Positions 1-8,600 of a DNA stretch of 64,000 bases are shown piece after piece. The notes beneath the pieces are model-generated. The model saw nothing but the letters and a program-made list of their open reading frames with translations, made no database searches and was not told the origin of the DNA. Position 1 is the stretch's first letter, and each line of letters begins with the position of its first letter. The position numbers and the translations under genes were made by a program. This DNA is from Mycobacteriales bacterium (GTDB lineage Bacteria > Actinomycetota > Actinomycetes > Mycobacteriales > QHCA01): assembly GCA_038276285.1 (NCBI GenBank), contig JBBPZR010000002.1, forward strand, positions 23,454-87,453. Direction: 5' to 3'.

Positions 1-1110
1 ATGTTGCAGACGATCAGGGAGTACGCCGTCGAGGAACTCGCCCGCGCAGGAGAGACGGAGACGGCCAAGCGCCGGCACGCGGACTACTGCGCCGACTTCG
101 CCGAGCGGGCCGACGCCCAACTGCGAGGACTTTCCCAGCTGACCTGGCTGGACCGACTCGAGAGTGAGAATGACAATCTGCGGGCCGCGCTCGCGTGGTC
201 GCTCTCCCCGAATTCGACCGGTGGGGAGGCCCAGGCACGTACCGCCCTGGGGCTTCGGCTGGTCAACGCGCTGAGCTGGTTCTGGTACGGACACGGCCAC
301 GCCGCGGACGGTCGGCGCTGGCTGGAACGGGCCATCGATCTGGCATCCGATGCAGACGGGCCGGAGCTGGTTCGGGCCGTGCACGGGCTCGGAGTGCTGC
401 TCCTGCAGCAAGGTGAGCCCGAACGTGCTCGCGCGGCCCTCCAACAGAACCTGGCCGGGTGGCGCCGGCTCGGTGATCGCACCGGCCTGGCCAAGGGGCT
501 GAACAGCCTCGGCGTGACCTATCGGATGTTGAAGAGGTTCGACCTGGCTCGGGACGCGCTCGAGGAAAGCGTCGCACTCGCCCGCGAGATAGCCGACCAA
601 GGGCGGCTCAGCATCGCCCTGTCGAATCTGGGCATCGTCGAGGTGGACAGCGGCGATCCGAAGCGGGCCATGTCCGTCCTGCGGGAGTCGCTCGCCATCG
701 ACAGGCGGCTCGGCAACGCCTGGGCGGTCGCCACGGTTCAGTGCAACCTCGCCAGTGCGATGATCCGCGCCGGCCGGGCGGCCGACGCGCGGCCGCTGTT
801 GTGCTCCGTGGTCGATGAGGTCGTCGGCTACGGCGATATCGAGCTCACGGCGGACATCCTGGAGCGGTTCGCGACGGCCGCCGCGGACTTGGGCGCTGAG
901 TCGAAGGCCGCGCAGTTGGCCGCCGCCGCCGAACGCCTTCGGCGCGAGGCCGGCATCCCGCTGGCCGCGCCGGACGCCGACATCCTGGAGCGGTCCTTGG
1001 GTCCCGCCCGGGACGGGATCGGTAACGAGGCGTGGGAGCACGCCTGGGCCCTCGGCCTGGCGCTCGACGAGCCCGGCGCGGTTGACCTCGCCAAGCAGCC
1101 ACTGGGCTAA
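1..1110 (+). CDS. C-terminal TPR-repeat region of a large STAND/AfsR/LuxR-type regulator (5' end outside the window)
   Basis: The frame is open from base 1 to TAA at 1108-1110. It contains repeated ~40-aa Ala/Leu-rich helical units (e.g. LGVTYRMLKRFDLARDALEESVALAREI, LSNLGIVEVDSGDPKRAMSVLRESLAI) typical of TPR tails of these regulators. Confidence 0.55.
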   Translation: MLQTIREYAVEELARAGETETAKRRHADYCADFAERADAQLRGLSQLTWLDRLESENDNLRAALAWSLSPNSTGGEAQARTALGLRLVNALSWFWYGHGHAADGRRWLERAIDLASDADGPELVRAVHGLGVLLLQQGEPERARAALQQNLAGWRRLGDRTGLAKGLNSLGVTYRMLKRFDLARDALEESVALAREIADQGRLSIALSNLGIVEVDSGDPKRAMSVLRESLAIDRRLGNAWAVATVQCNLASAMIRAGRAADARPLLCSVVDEVVGYGDIELTADILERFATAAADLGAESKAAQLAAAAERLRREAGIPLAAPDADILERSLGPARDGIGNEAWEHAWALGLALDEPGAVDLAKQPLG

Positions 1111-1112
1111 AG

Positions 1113-1204
1113 CGGAGGCGGACGGGAATCGAACCCGCCAGGCCGAGATCCTCGGTCTCGTCGGTGTTGAAGACCGCGCCGCCCACCAGGACGGGTACGC
1201 CTCC
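1113..1204 (-). tRNA. selC: tRNA-Sec (anticodon UCA)
   Basis: The reverse complement reads GGAGGCGT-AC-CCGTCC-TGGT-GGGCGG-...GGT-CTTCAAC-ACC...CCGAG-GAT-CTCGG...GCGGG-TTCGATT-CCCGT-CCGCCTCC-G. It has a 6-bp D-stem with a 4-nt loop, anticodon loop CUUCAAC (UCA), a long extra arm, a canonical T-loop and a G discriminator. It lies directly upstream of selD. Ends are uncertain by 2-3 nt and the anticodon stem has mismatches. Confidence 0.8.
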
Positions 1205-1269
1205 GCGGGGCACTGTACCCAGGAGGCCTGCGCAGCGGGGCAGCACGGCTAGATCTGTACCTTGCCTGA

Positions 1270-2274
1270 ATGACCACCAGCGACGGGATCCGGCTCACCC
1301 AGTACGGACACGGTGGCGGCTGTGCCTGCAAGATCCCGCCCGGTGAGCTGGAGGACATGGTGGCCGGCCTCTTCGGCTCGCTGCCACCGGCGGCTTCCTC
1401 CGGCGAATTGCTCGTCGGCCTTGACGACGGTGATGACGCCGCTGTGGTGCGGATCGACGGGGATACGGCGATCGTGGCCACCGCGGACTTCTTCTCACCC
1501 GTCGTCGACGACGCCTACGACTGGGGCCGGATCGCGGCGGCGAACGCGCTGTCCGACGTGTACGCCATGGGCGGGCGGCCGGTGGTCGCGGTCAACCTAC
1601 TGGGATGGCCGCGCGGCATGCTCCCGATGGAGCTTGCCGGCGAGGTGCTCCGCGGCGGCCTGACCGTCGCCGCAGCCGCCGGGTGCCACGTGGCGGGCGG
1701 GCACAGCATCGACGATCCGGAGCCGAAGTACGGCATGGCCGTGACCGGGCTCGCGCATCCCGATCGACTGCTGCGCAACGACGCGGGCAGGGCCGGCCTT
1801 CCGCTCAGCCTGACCAAGCCGCTGGGGATCGGCGTGCTGAACAGCCGGCACAAGGCCACCGGCGAGGTCTTCGCCGAGGCGATCGAGGTGATGACGGCGC
1901 TGAACCGGGAGGCGGCAGAGGCCGCGCTGGCAGCCGGGATCACCTGCGCTACCGATGTAACCGGCTTCGGCCTGCTCGGCCACCTGCTCAAGCTGGCCAG
2001 GGCATCGGGGCTGACGGCCGTGGTGGACTCCACCGCCGTGCCCTGCCTCGCCGGCGCGCGGGAGGCGCTGCGCGATGGATACGTCAGCGGCGGGACCCGC
2101 CGCAACCTCGACTGGGTCCACCCGCATCTGACGTCGTCGGTCGACACCGACGAGTTGCTGCTGCTCGCCGACGCGCAGACCTCAGGCGGGCTGCTGGTCG
2201 CCGGCGAGATCCCGGGCGCACCGGTGATCGGCGAGCTGCGACCGCGCGGCGACCGGCCCCTCGTGGTGCGCTGA
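1270..2274 (+). CDS. selD: selenide, water dikinase (Cys-type, not Sec-type)
   Basis: N-terminus is LTQYGHGGGCACKIPPGELEDMV (Cys/Lys active-site loop encoded by TGT/TGC, no in-frame TGA). The AIR-synthase-like fold motifs DDAAVV and GGHSIDD are present. Confidence 0.9.
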   Translation: MTTSDGIRLTQYGHGGGCACKIPPGELEDMVAGLFGSLPPAASSGELLVGLDDGDDAAVVRIDGDTAIVATADFFSPVVDDAYDWGRIAAANALSDVYAMGGRPVVAVNLLGWPRGMLPMELAGEVLRGGLTVAAAAGCHVAGGHSIDDPEPKYGMAVTGLAHPDRLLRNDAGRAGLPLSLTKPLGIGVLNSRHKATGEVFAEAIEVMTALNREAAEAALAAGITCATDVTGFGLLGHLLKLARASGLTAVVDSTAVPCLAGAREALRDGYVSGGTRRNLDWVHPHLTSSVDTDELLLLADAQTSGGLLVAGEIPGAPVIGELRPRGDRPLVVR

Positions 2275-2284
2275 CACCGCCGTC

Positions 2285-3130
2285 ATGGGAGTGATCTTGG
2301 GCTTGGCCGCGGCGCTGGCCTACGGCGCCTCCGACTTCATCGCTGGCGTCCTGTCGCGGCGGTTCAACGTGCTGCAGGTGGCCTCGGTGGGCCAGGTCTG
2401 CGCGGGGGTGTGCACGCTGGCGGCGCTGCCGTTCACCTCTCCGGCCGCACCGGGCGCCGCCGCCGTGGCGTGGGGCGTGGTGGCCGGTGTGGGCGTCGCC
2501 GTCGGCTCGCTCGCGCTGTACCGCGGGCTGGCCACCGGCCAGATGGCCGTGGCCGGGCCGCTGAGCGGGGTGGGTGCGGCGGCACTGCCGGCGCTCGCCG
2601 CGTTCGTGCTCGGCGAGCGGCCGTCGTACCTCGCCGTCGCCGGCGTCGTGCTGGCGCTGCCGGCGGTGTGGCTAGTGTCCACAGTGGATCGGCCGGCGGG
2701 AGGTCAGCGACCGAAGCGGGCCGCGGCCGGAGTCCGCGACGGCCTGCTGGCCGGCGTCGGCTTCGGCGTGCTGTTCTTCGGGCTCGACCGCGCGGGCGAC
2801 GCGGCCGGCCTGTGGCCGGTGGTCATCGCGCAGGGCACCTCAGCCCTGCTGCTGTGCGGCACCGCGCTGGCCCGGCGCACATCGCTGCGCTCCACCGCCC
2901 GGACCACCGCCGCGGCGGCCTCCGTGGGCCTGCTCGGCGGCACGGCGACGGTGCTGTTCTTCTTTGCCACGCACGCCGGGCTGCTCACCATCGCCGCCGT
3001 GCTGACCTCGTTGTACCCGGCGTTCACGGTGCTGCTGGCGCGGGTGGTGCTGGCCGAGAAGCTGGGCCGGATTCAGACGGTGGGCCTAGGTCTGGCCGCC
3101 GTCGCGGTCACTCTGATCGTGACGGGCTAG
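2285..3130 (+). CDS. EamA/DMT-family membrane transporter
   Basis: 281 aa, about 10 hydrophobic segments in two repeated halves, Gly/Ala/Leu rich. It starts 11 nt after the selD stop. Confidence 0.7.
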   Translation: MGVILGLAAALAYGASDFIAGVLSRRFNVLQVASVGQVCAGVCTLAALPFTSPAAPGAAAVAWGVVAGVGVAVGSLALYRGLATGQMAVAGPLSGVGAAALPALAAFVLGERPSYLAVAGVVLALPAVWLVSTVDRPAGGQRPKRAAAGVRDGLLAGVGFGVLFFGLDRAGDAAGLWPVVIAQGTSALLLCGTALARRTSLRSTARTTAAAASVGLLGGTATVLFFFATHAGLLTIAAVLTSLYPAFTVLLARVVLAEKLGRIQTVGLGLAAVAVTLIVTG

Positions 3131-3139
3131 CGGCGGCTC

Positions 3140-3292
3140 TCAGCCGCCGAACAGCGGCAGGATGGACCGGATTGTCTGGAAGATGCCGTAGGCCAGCGGG
3201 ATCCCGACGATCAGCCAGGACACCACCAGTCGCGGGGTCTGGGCCGCGGGCGGCCGGGCATCGGGTGTGATGGACGTCTGTGGGTTGGACAC
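3140..3292 (-). CDS. MFS transporter small subunit (50-aa single-TM peptide)
   Basis: Hand translation: GTG start at 3292, VSNPQTSITPDARPPAAQTPRLVVSWLIVGIPLAYGIFQTIRSILPLFGG, stop at 3140-3142. It begins 4 nt after the stop of the OFA antiporter gene. It is absent from the ORF track because it is under 60 aa. The sequence pattern matches small subunits found next to oxalate/formate-type MFS genes. Confidence 0.6.
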   Translation of the reverse strand: MSNPQTSITPDARPPAAQTPRLVVSWLIVGIPLAYGIFQTIRSILPLFGG

Positions 3293-3295
3293 CGC

Positions 3296-4714
3296 CTACC
3301 TCCTTCCTTCGGTCTGTGCCGAGCGAGCCTCAGCGAAGGCGTCGCTGCGGTCGCGCTCGTGAAAGCGCTCGGCCACCGGCCGGATCAGCAGGTTGGCGAT
3401 GAAACCGATCGCGAGGACGCCCACCATGGTGAACAGCGCCGTCCGGTAGTCCGCCGCGACCAGCTTTCCTGGCTTGCCTCGGGCGTCGAGAAAGCCGTTG
3501 ATGATGAGTGGTCCGGCGACGCCGGCCGCCGACCAGGCGGTCAGGAGCCGGCCATGGATTGCGCCGACCTGGAAGGTGCCGAACAGATCGCGTAGGTACG
3601 CCGGGACGGTCGCGAACCCGCCGCCGTAGAAGGAGATGATGATGGCCGCAAGCAGCACGAACAGCGCCGTCGCGTTGCTGCCGATGGTCGCCAGCAGGGC
3701 GTAGAGCACCATGCCGACACCTAGGTAGACCATGTACATCGGCTTGCGGCCGATGTAGTCCGACGTGGTCGACCAGACGAACCGGCCGCTCATATTGAAG
3801 ATCGACAGCAGCCCGACGAAGCCGGCCGCGGCCGTGGCGGCCACCGCGGACGTCGTGCCGCTGCGGAAGAAGTCCTGGATCATCGGGCTGGCCTGCTCCA
3901 GGATGCCGATGCCGGCGGTGACGTTGCAGAACAGCACCGTCCACAGCAGCCAGAACTGTGGGGTCTTGATCGCGTTGGCCGCGGACACGTTCGCCGTGGT
4001 GACCAGCGGCTTGGCGGCGACCCTGCTGACGTCGAAGCCGGCCGGGCTCCAGCCCGGGACGGGCACCCGGACGTTGAAGACGCCGAGCATCATGACGAGG
4101 AAGTAGACGATGCCCAGGGTGACGAACAGCTTTGCCACGGCGCTTCCGCCGGCCACCGAGGTGGCGACTGACGGGTCATAGCCGGCGTCGTAGAAGGACA
4201 GCAGCTGCCGGCTCAGGGGTGCGGCGATCAGCGCGCCACCACCGAAACCCATGATCGCCATGCCAGTGGCCAGTCCCGGCCGGTCCGGGAACCACTTGAG
4301 CAGCGTGGACACCGGGGAGATGTAGCCGATGCCCAGCCCGATGCCCCCGATGAAGCCGTAGCCGAGGTAGAGCAGCCACAGCTGGTTCGTGCTGATGCCC
4401 AGCGCCCCGATCAAGAAACCGGCGCCCCAGAAGCAGGCCGCGGTGAACATCGCCTTCCGAGGTCCCACTCGATCGACCCAGGTGCCCATCACCGCGGCGG
4501 ACACCCCGAGCATCACGATCGCGATCGAGAAGATGATGCCGATGGCGGTCAGGCTCGTGTGGAAGTGTTGGACGAGGGGAATCTTGTAGACGCTGGTGGC
4601 GTAGGCCTGACCGATGCACAGGTGCACGGCCAGCGCCGCCGGCGGGATGAGCCACCGGCTGTAGCCGGGCTTGGCCACGGTGTGTTCGCGATCGAGGAAG
4701 GACAAGAGTGCCAC
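3296..4714 (-). CDS. oxalate/formate antiporter (OFA) family MFS transporter
   Basis: 472 aa with 12 predicted TM segments. The N-terminus YSRWLIPPAALAVHLCIGQAYATSVYKIPL is typical of the OFA family. It is divergent from the formate dehydrogenase gene. Confidence 0.85.
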   Translation of the reverse strand: MALLSFLDREHTVAKPGYSRWLIPPAALAVHLCIGQAYATSVYKIPLVQHFHTSLTAIGIIFSIAIVMLGVSAAVMGTWVDRVGPRKAMFTAACFWGAGFLIGALGISTNQLWLLYLGYGFIGGIGLGIGYISPVSTLLKWFPDRPGLATGMAIMGFGGGALIAAPLSRQLLSFYDAGYDPSVATSVAGGSAVAKLFVTLGIVYFLVMMLGVFNVRVPVPGWSPAGFDVSRVAAKPLVTTANVSAANAIKTPQFWLLWTVLFCNVTAGIGILEQASPMIQDFFRSGTTSAVAATAAAGFVGLLSIFNMSGRFVWSTTSDYIGRKPMYMVYLGVGMVLYALLATIGSNATALFVLLAAIIISFYGGGFATVPAYLRDLFGTFQVGAIHGRLLTAWSAAGVAGPLIINGFLDARGKPGKLVAADYRTALFTMVGVLAIGFIANLLIRPVAERFHERDRSDAFAEARSAQTEGRR

Positions 4715-4790
4715 GGCGTGCCTCCGTCTGCGGACGAACTGCCGCCGGAGACCCGCGGCGGCGCCTGGAGTCTACCCATTCCCGGTGCGT

Positions 4791-4818
4791 GAAGGAGAAC
4801 GCGGCCGCGTTCTCCTTC
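4791..4818. promoter_or_regulatory. perfect 28-bp palindrome in the divergent OFA/fdh intergenic region (candidate operator or 5'-UTR hairpin)
   Basis: GAAGGAGAACGCGG|CCGCGTTCTCCTTC is exactly self-complementary. It lies between start codons at 4714 (-) and 4967 (+). Confidence 0.4.
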
Positions 4819-4966
4819 TCGCTGTGTACTGTGGGGCGAGTCCGCCGATCGTCCTGAGTTGGAGCCTTTCTGGACACCCCAGCCGGTGCCGCAACCGGGT
4901 GAGCGTCGGCGAGCCGGTGGGTAGGCAACCACCACGATCCAACTATCACGAATCGTAGGGAGAGAG

Positions 4967-6166
4967 ATGGCCAAGGTCGTTTGTGTCCTGTACGACGACG
5001 CTGTCCACGGGTACCCCCCCTCGTATGCACGCGACGACATCCCCCGACTGCAGCGCTACCCCGGCGGGCAGACCCTGCCGACCCCGCAAGATATTGACTT
5101 TGAGCCCGGCGAGCTGCTGGGCAGCGTGTCCGGGGAGCTTGGTCTGCGCCGGTTCCTGGAACAGCGCGGCCACACGCTGGTGGTGACATCGGACAAGGAC
5201 AGCGCCGACTCGGTGATGGACCGCGAGCTCTCCGACGCCGAGGTCGTCATCTCCCAGCCGTTCTGGCCCGCCTACCTCACGGCGGAGCGCATCGCCAAGG
5301 CACCAAACCTGAAACTGTCGATCACGGCCGGAGTCGGCTCCGATCATGTGGATCTGCAGGCCGCGATCGACCGCGGGCTCACCGTGACCGAGGTGACCTA
5401 TTGCAACAGCATCAGCGTGGCCGAACACGCCGTCATGCAGATCCTGGCGCTGGTGCGTAACTACATTCCTTCCCACCAGTGGATCTTGGACGGCGGCTGG
5501 AACATCGCCGACAGTGTGGAGCGCGCCTACGATGTCGAGGGCATGAACGTCGGTACCTTCGCCGCGGGGCGGATCGGCCTGGCGGTGCTACGACGAATGA
5601 AGCCGTTCGAGGTCAACCTGCACTACACGGACCGGCACCGGCTACCGGAAGACGTCGAGCGGGAACTGGAATTGACCTTCCACCCCGACGTTGAATCATT
5701 GGCTCGTTCCTGCGACGTGATCTCCATCCACGCGCCGTTGCACCCCGAAACCGAGGGCCTGTTCAACGAGGCCCTCATCGGGCAGATGAAACGTGGGTCC
5801 TACATCGTCAACACGGCTCGGGCCAAGATCTGTGACCGCGACGCCGTCGTACGGGCACTGGAGAGCGGACAGCTCGCGGGATACGCGGGCGATGTGTGGT
5901 TTCCGCAACCACCGGCGCGGGACCATCCCTGGCGGACGATGCCCCACCACGGCATGACCCCCCACACGTCGGGGTCGACGCTGTCGGCTCAGGCCCGCTA
6001 CGCGGCCGGCACCCGCGAGATCCTGGAGTGCTGGTTCGACAACCGCCCGATTCGGGACGAGTACCTGATCGTTGACCAAGGACAGCTGGCCGGTGCCGGG
6101 GCGCACTCCTACAGTGTCGGCGGCGCCGCCGGCGGTTCCGAACAGGCAGCACGCCCCACGTCCTAA
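4967..6166 (+). CDS. fdh: NAD-dependent formate dehydrogenase (metal-free, D-2-hydroxyacid dehydrogenase family)
   Basis: The N-terminus MAKVVCVLYDD...GYP...GELLGSVSGELGLRRFLE and the motifs PFWPAYLT, ITAGVGSDHVDL, GTFAAGRIGLAV (Rossmann) and MTPHTSGSTLSAQARY are hallmarks of NAD-FDH. An RBS GGGAGAG lies upstream. Confidence 0.9.
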   Translation: MAKVVCVLYDDAVHGYPPSYARDDIPRLQRYPGGQTLPTPQDIDFEPGELLGSVSGELGLRRFLEQRGHTLVVTSDKDSADSVMDRELSDAEVVISQPFWPAYLTAERIAKAPNLKLSITAGVGSDHVDLQAAIDRGLTVTEVTYCNSISVAEHAVMQILALVRNYIPSHQWILDGGWNIADSVERAYDVEGMNVGTFAAGRIGLAVLRRMKPFEVNLHYTDRHRLPEDVERELELTFHPDVESLARSCDVISIHAPLHPETEGLFNEALIGQMKRGSYIVNTARAKICDRDAVVRALESGQLAGYAGDVWFPQPPARDHPWRTMPHHGMTPHTSGSTLSAQARYAAGTREILECWFDNRPIRDEYLIVDQGQLAGAGAHSYSVGGAAGGSEQAARPTS

Positions 6167-6283
6167 CGGAAGTGTCCCTACCAGCCTTCGGAGGGCCTCG
6201 GCCCACCCGACCTGACGCTGATCGGCTTCCTGTGCGGAAAGACGATGAACATCTACGCTTCCGCTGACCGGGTTGAGCCTATA

Positions 6284-6302
6284 GACTAAGTCGGACTAAG
6301 TC
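6284..6302. promoter_or_regulatory. tandem GACTAAGTC half-palindromes upstream of the antitoxin gene (candidate TA operator)
   Basis: GACTAAGTC-G-GACTAAGTC. Each unit has GACT/AGTC inverted arms. The element ends 6-12 nt before the antitoxin start candidates. Confidence 0.3.
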
Positions 6303-6308
6303 TGGGGG

Positions 6309-6569
6309 TTGGTCGTGTCCGAGGGTTCGGCCCAGCAGGTGAACATGCACGAGGCCAAGACGCACCTGTCGCGGCTGGTTCAACGTGTTGAGAACGGCGA
6401 AGAATTTGTGATCAGCCGCGCGGGCCGCCCGGTGGCGCGTCTCGTTGGGCTGCCCAAGGCGTCGACTTCCCGGAGTCCGGGTGCGTGGCGGGGCCGCGTC
6501 GTCGTCGCCGATGACTTCGACATCCTCCCCGACGAGATACTCGACGCCTTCGACGGCATGCAGAGGTGA
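6309..6569 (+). CDS. type II antitoxin, Phd/YefM family
   Basis: The core HEAKTHLSRLVQRVENGEEFVISRAGRPVARLV is a typical Phd/YefM N-domain. The stop overlaps the start of the PIN toxin gene. The start is uncertain (TTG 6309, GTG 6315 or ATG 6342). Confidence 0.8.
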   Translation: MVVSEGSAQQVNMHEAKTHLSRLVQRVENGEEFVISRAGRPVARLVGLPKASTSRSPGAWRGRVVVADDFDILPDEILDAFDGMQR

Positions 6570-6940
6570 GGCTCCTGCTCGACGCCCATGTGCTGCTGTC
6601 GTGGTTGGCCGACGACGCGCAGCTACCGGACCAGATCCGCGCAGCGGTCGAAACCGAGCCCGACGTCTATGTGAGCGCCGCGACGGCCTGGGAGATCGCG
6701 GTCAAGCGAGCCCTTGGCAAGCTAGACGCTCCTGACGACCTGATCGGGCAACTGGATCAACAACGCTTCCGCCGGCTCCCGATCGAGTGGGAGCACGCGA
6801 CCATCGCTGGTGCGTTGCCGCAGCATCACCGCGACCCGTTCGACCGCATGCTTGTCGCGCAGGCCCAGGTAGAGGACCTCGTGCTCGTAACGACGGATCC
6901 GCAGATCTCGGCGTACGATGTGCGGCTCCTCAGCGGCTAG
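6566..6940 (+). CDS. vapC: type II toxin, VapC-like PIN-domain ribonuclease
   Basis: 124 aa with LLLDAHVLLSW (N-terminal acidic D), EIAVK, and DPFDRMLVAQA...LVTTD, giving the PIN acidic quartet pattern. A GTGA overlap joins it to the antitoxin gene. Confidence 0.85.
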   Translation: MRLLLDAHVLLSWLADDAQLPDQIRAAVETEPDVYVSAATAWEIAVKRALGKLDAPDDLIGQLDQQRFRRLPIEWEHATIAGALPQHHRDPFDRMLVAQAQVEDLVLVTTDPQISAYDVRLLSG

Positions 6941-7428
6941 CGGTCGCGCCGCTCGCTGTCGTCCTCGATCAGTTGATAGATCTGGCCCTGCACCCGCTCG
7001 ACCCTCGGCACATCGTCGAGCACGACCTGGCCGCGCTCGCCCGCCGACTCAACGAGCAGGGTGCCGCAGCCGAGCAGCCGCTCCCAGAAGGAGTGCTCGA
7101 AGGAGACGTCGTTGACGCGCGACAGCGGGACGTCACGGCCGGAGCGCGACAGGATTCCCCGGCGGATGAGGACGCGGTGCGTCGTGACCACGAAGTGCGT
7201 CGTGCGCCACCGCAGGAACGGGAGCACGGTGAACACGATGACGATCAGCAGTGCCGCTCCGATGATCGCGTACCTCAACGGGGTGGAGTCGGTCCGCGCC
7301 GCGCCGAAGGCCGCCGCGCCCACTGCGACCAAGAAAACGAGGACAGGGAGCACCAGCACCTTCCAGTGCGGATGCAGCCGGAGCACGGTTTCCTCGTCCT
7401 GGGCAAGTACACGATCGGGGTAGGGCAT
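6937..7428 (-). CDS. membrane-anchored bacterial PH-domain (bPH_2/YdbS-like) protein
   Basis: ETVLRLHPHWKVLVLPVLVFLV is followed by two TM segments and then VVTTHRVLIRRGILSRSGRDVPLSRVNDVSFE, matching the bPH_2 pattern. Confidence 0.75.
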   Translation of the reverse strand: MPYPDRVLAQDEETVLRLHPHWKVLVLPVLVFLVAVGAAAFGAARTDSTPLRYAIIGAALLIVIVFTVLPFLRWRTTHFVVTTHRVLIRRGILSRSGRDVPLSRVNDVSFEHSFWERLLGCGTLLVESAGERGQVVLDDVPRVERVQGQIYQLIEDDSERRDR

Positions 7429-7441
7429 TGGACCACCCTAG

Positions 7442-8590
7442 TCAGCGCAGGGCCCGCGCCAGGTCGGCCAGCAGGTCCTCCACGGACTCGATGCCGACCG
7501 ACAGTCGGACCAGGTCTCCCGGCACCTCCAAGGGAGACCCCGCCACGCTCGCGTGTGTCATCCGGCCCGGATGCTCGATCAGCGACTCCACGCCGCCGAG
7601 GGATTCTGCCAGCGTGAAGACCCGCGTCCGGTTGCACACATCGAGCGACGCCGACTCGCCCTCGCGCATGCGGAACGACACCATCCCGCCGTACCCACGC
7701 ATCTGCTTGGCCGCCAGCTCGTGGCCGGGATGCTCGGAGAGGCCGGGGTAGTAGACCTGGCCGACCCGCGGATGGCCGACCAGGAGGCCGGCGATCCGCT
7801 CGGCGTTGGCGCAGTGCCGGTCCATCCGTACTCCGAGTGTGCGGACTCCGCGCAACACCAGCCACGCGTCGAACGGGCCGCTCACCGCACCGGTGGAGTT
7901 CCGCAGGACGGCCATTCGGTCGCCGAGGTCCGCGTCGGACACCACGAGCGCGCCACCGATCACGTCGGAGTGCCCGCCGAGGTACTTGGTGGTGGAGTGC
8001 ACGACGACATCGGCGCCGAGGGGCAGCGGCTGCTGCAGGTACGGCGAGGCGAAGGTGTTGTCGACCACGAGCAGCGATGCGGCCTCGTGGGCGATGGCGG
8101 CCAGACCGGCGATGTCGGCGATCCGCAGGTACGGATTGGTGGGTGTCTCGCACCAGATCGCGCGGGTCTCGGGACGGATGGCGGCCCGCACCGCGGCGAG
8201 GTCGGACAGAGGCGCGGGTGTGTAGGTCAGCCCCCATTGGCTCAACACGGTGGCGAACAGCCGATAGGTGCCGCCGTAGGCGTCGTCCGGAATGACGACA
8301 TGATCGCCCGGTCGGCAGACCGTACGCAGCAGGCAATCCTCGGCCGCCATGCCGGAGGCGAAGGCCAGCCCGCGGCTGCCGGCCTCGAGCGCAGCCAGAC
8401 ACTCCTCGAGGGCGGTCCGGGTCGGGTTGGCGCTGCGGCTGTACTCGTATCCGCCGCGCAGCCCGCCCACCCCGTCCTGCTTGAAGGTCGAGGTCGCATA
8501 GATCGGCGGCACGACCGCACCGGTGGCCGGATCGGGCTCCTGCCCGGCGTGGATGGCCATTGTCTCGAACCCGTACCCGTCGCTGCTCAT
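7442..8590 (-). CDS. metB: cystathionine gamma-synthase/gamma-lyase (PLP-dependent, Cys/Met metabolism family)
   Basis: The ORF-track frame 7442..8866 is trimmed to ATG 8590 (MSSDGYGFETMAIHAGQEPDP...). Motifs YSRSANPTR and STTKYLGGHSD (PLP lysine) are present. The upstream 92 codons are Arg/Gly/Pro junk. Confidence 0.85.
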   Translation of the reverse strand: MSSDGYGFETMAIHAGQEPDPATGAVVPPIYATSTFKQDGVGGLRGGYEYSRSANPTRTALEECLAALEAGSRGLAFASGMAAEDCLLRTVCRPGDHVVIPDDAYGGTYRLFATVLSQWGLTYTPAPLSDLAAVRAAIRPETRAIWCETPTNPYLRIADIAGLAAIAHEAASLLVVDNTFASPYLQQPLPLGADVVVHSTTKYLGGHSDVIGGALVVSDADLGDRMAVLRNSTGAVSGPFDAWLVLRGVRTLGVRMDRHCANAERIAGLLVGHPRVGQVYYPGLSEHPGHELAAKQMRGYGGMVSFRMREGESASLDVCNRTRVFTLAESLGGVESLIEHPGRMTHASVAGSPLEVPGDLVRLSVGIESVEDLLADLARALR

Positions 8591-8600
8591 GCTCGCGAGG

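Noticed and set aside
4967-6166. Possible selenoprotein formate dehydrogenase, considered because of the selC/selD neighbourhood
   Set aside because: There is no in-frame TGA. The sequence belongs to the NAD-dependent D-2-hydroxyacid-dehydrogenase-type FDH, which has no Mo/W-pterin or Sec site.
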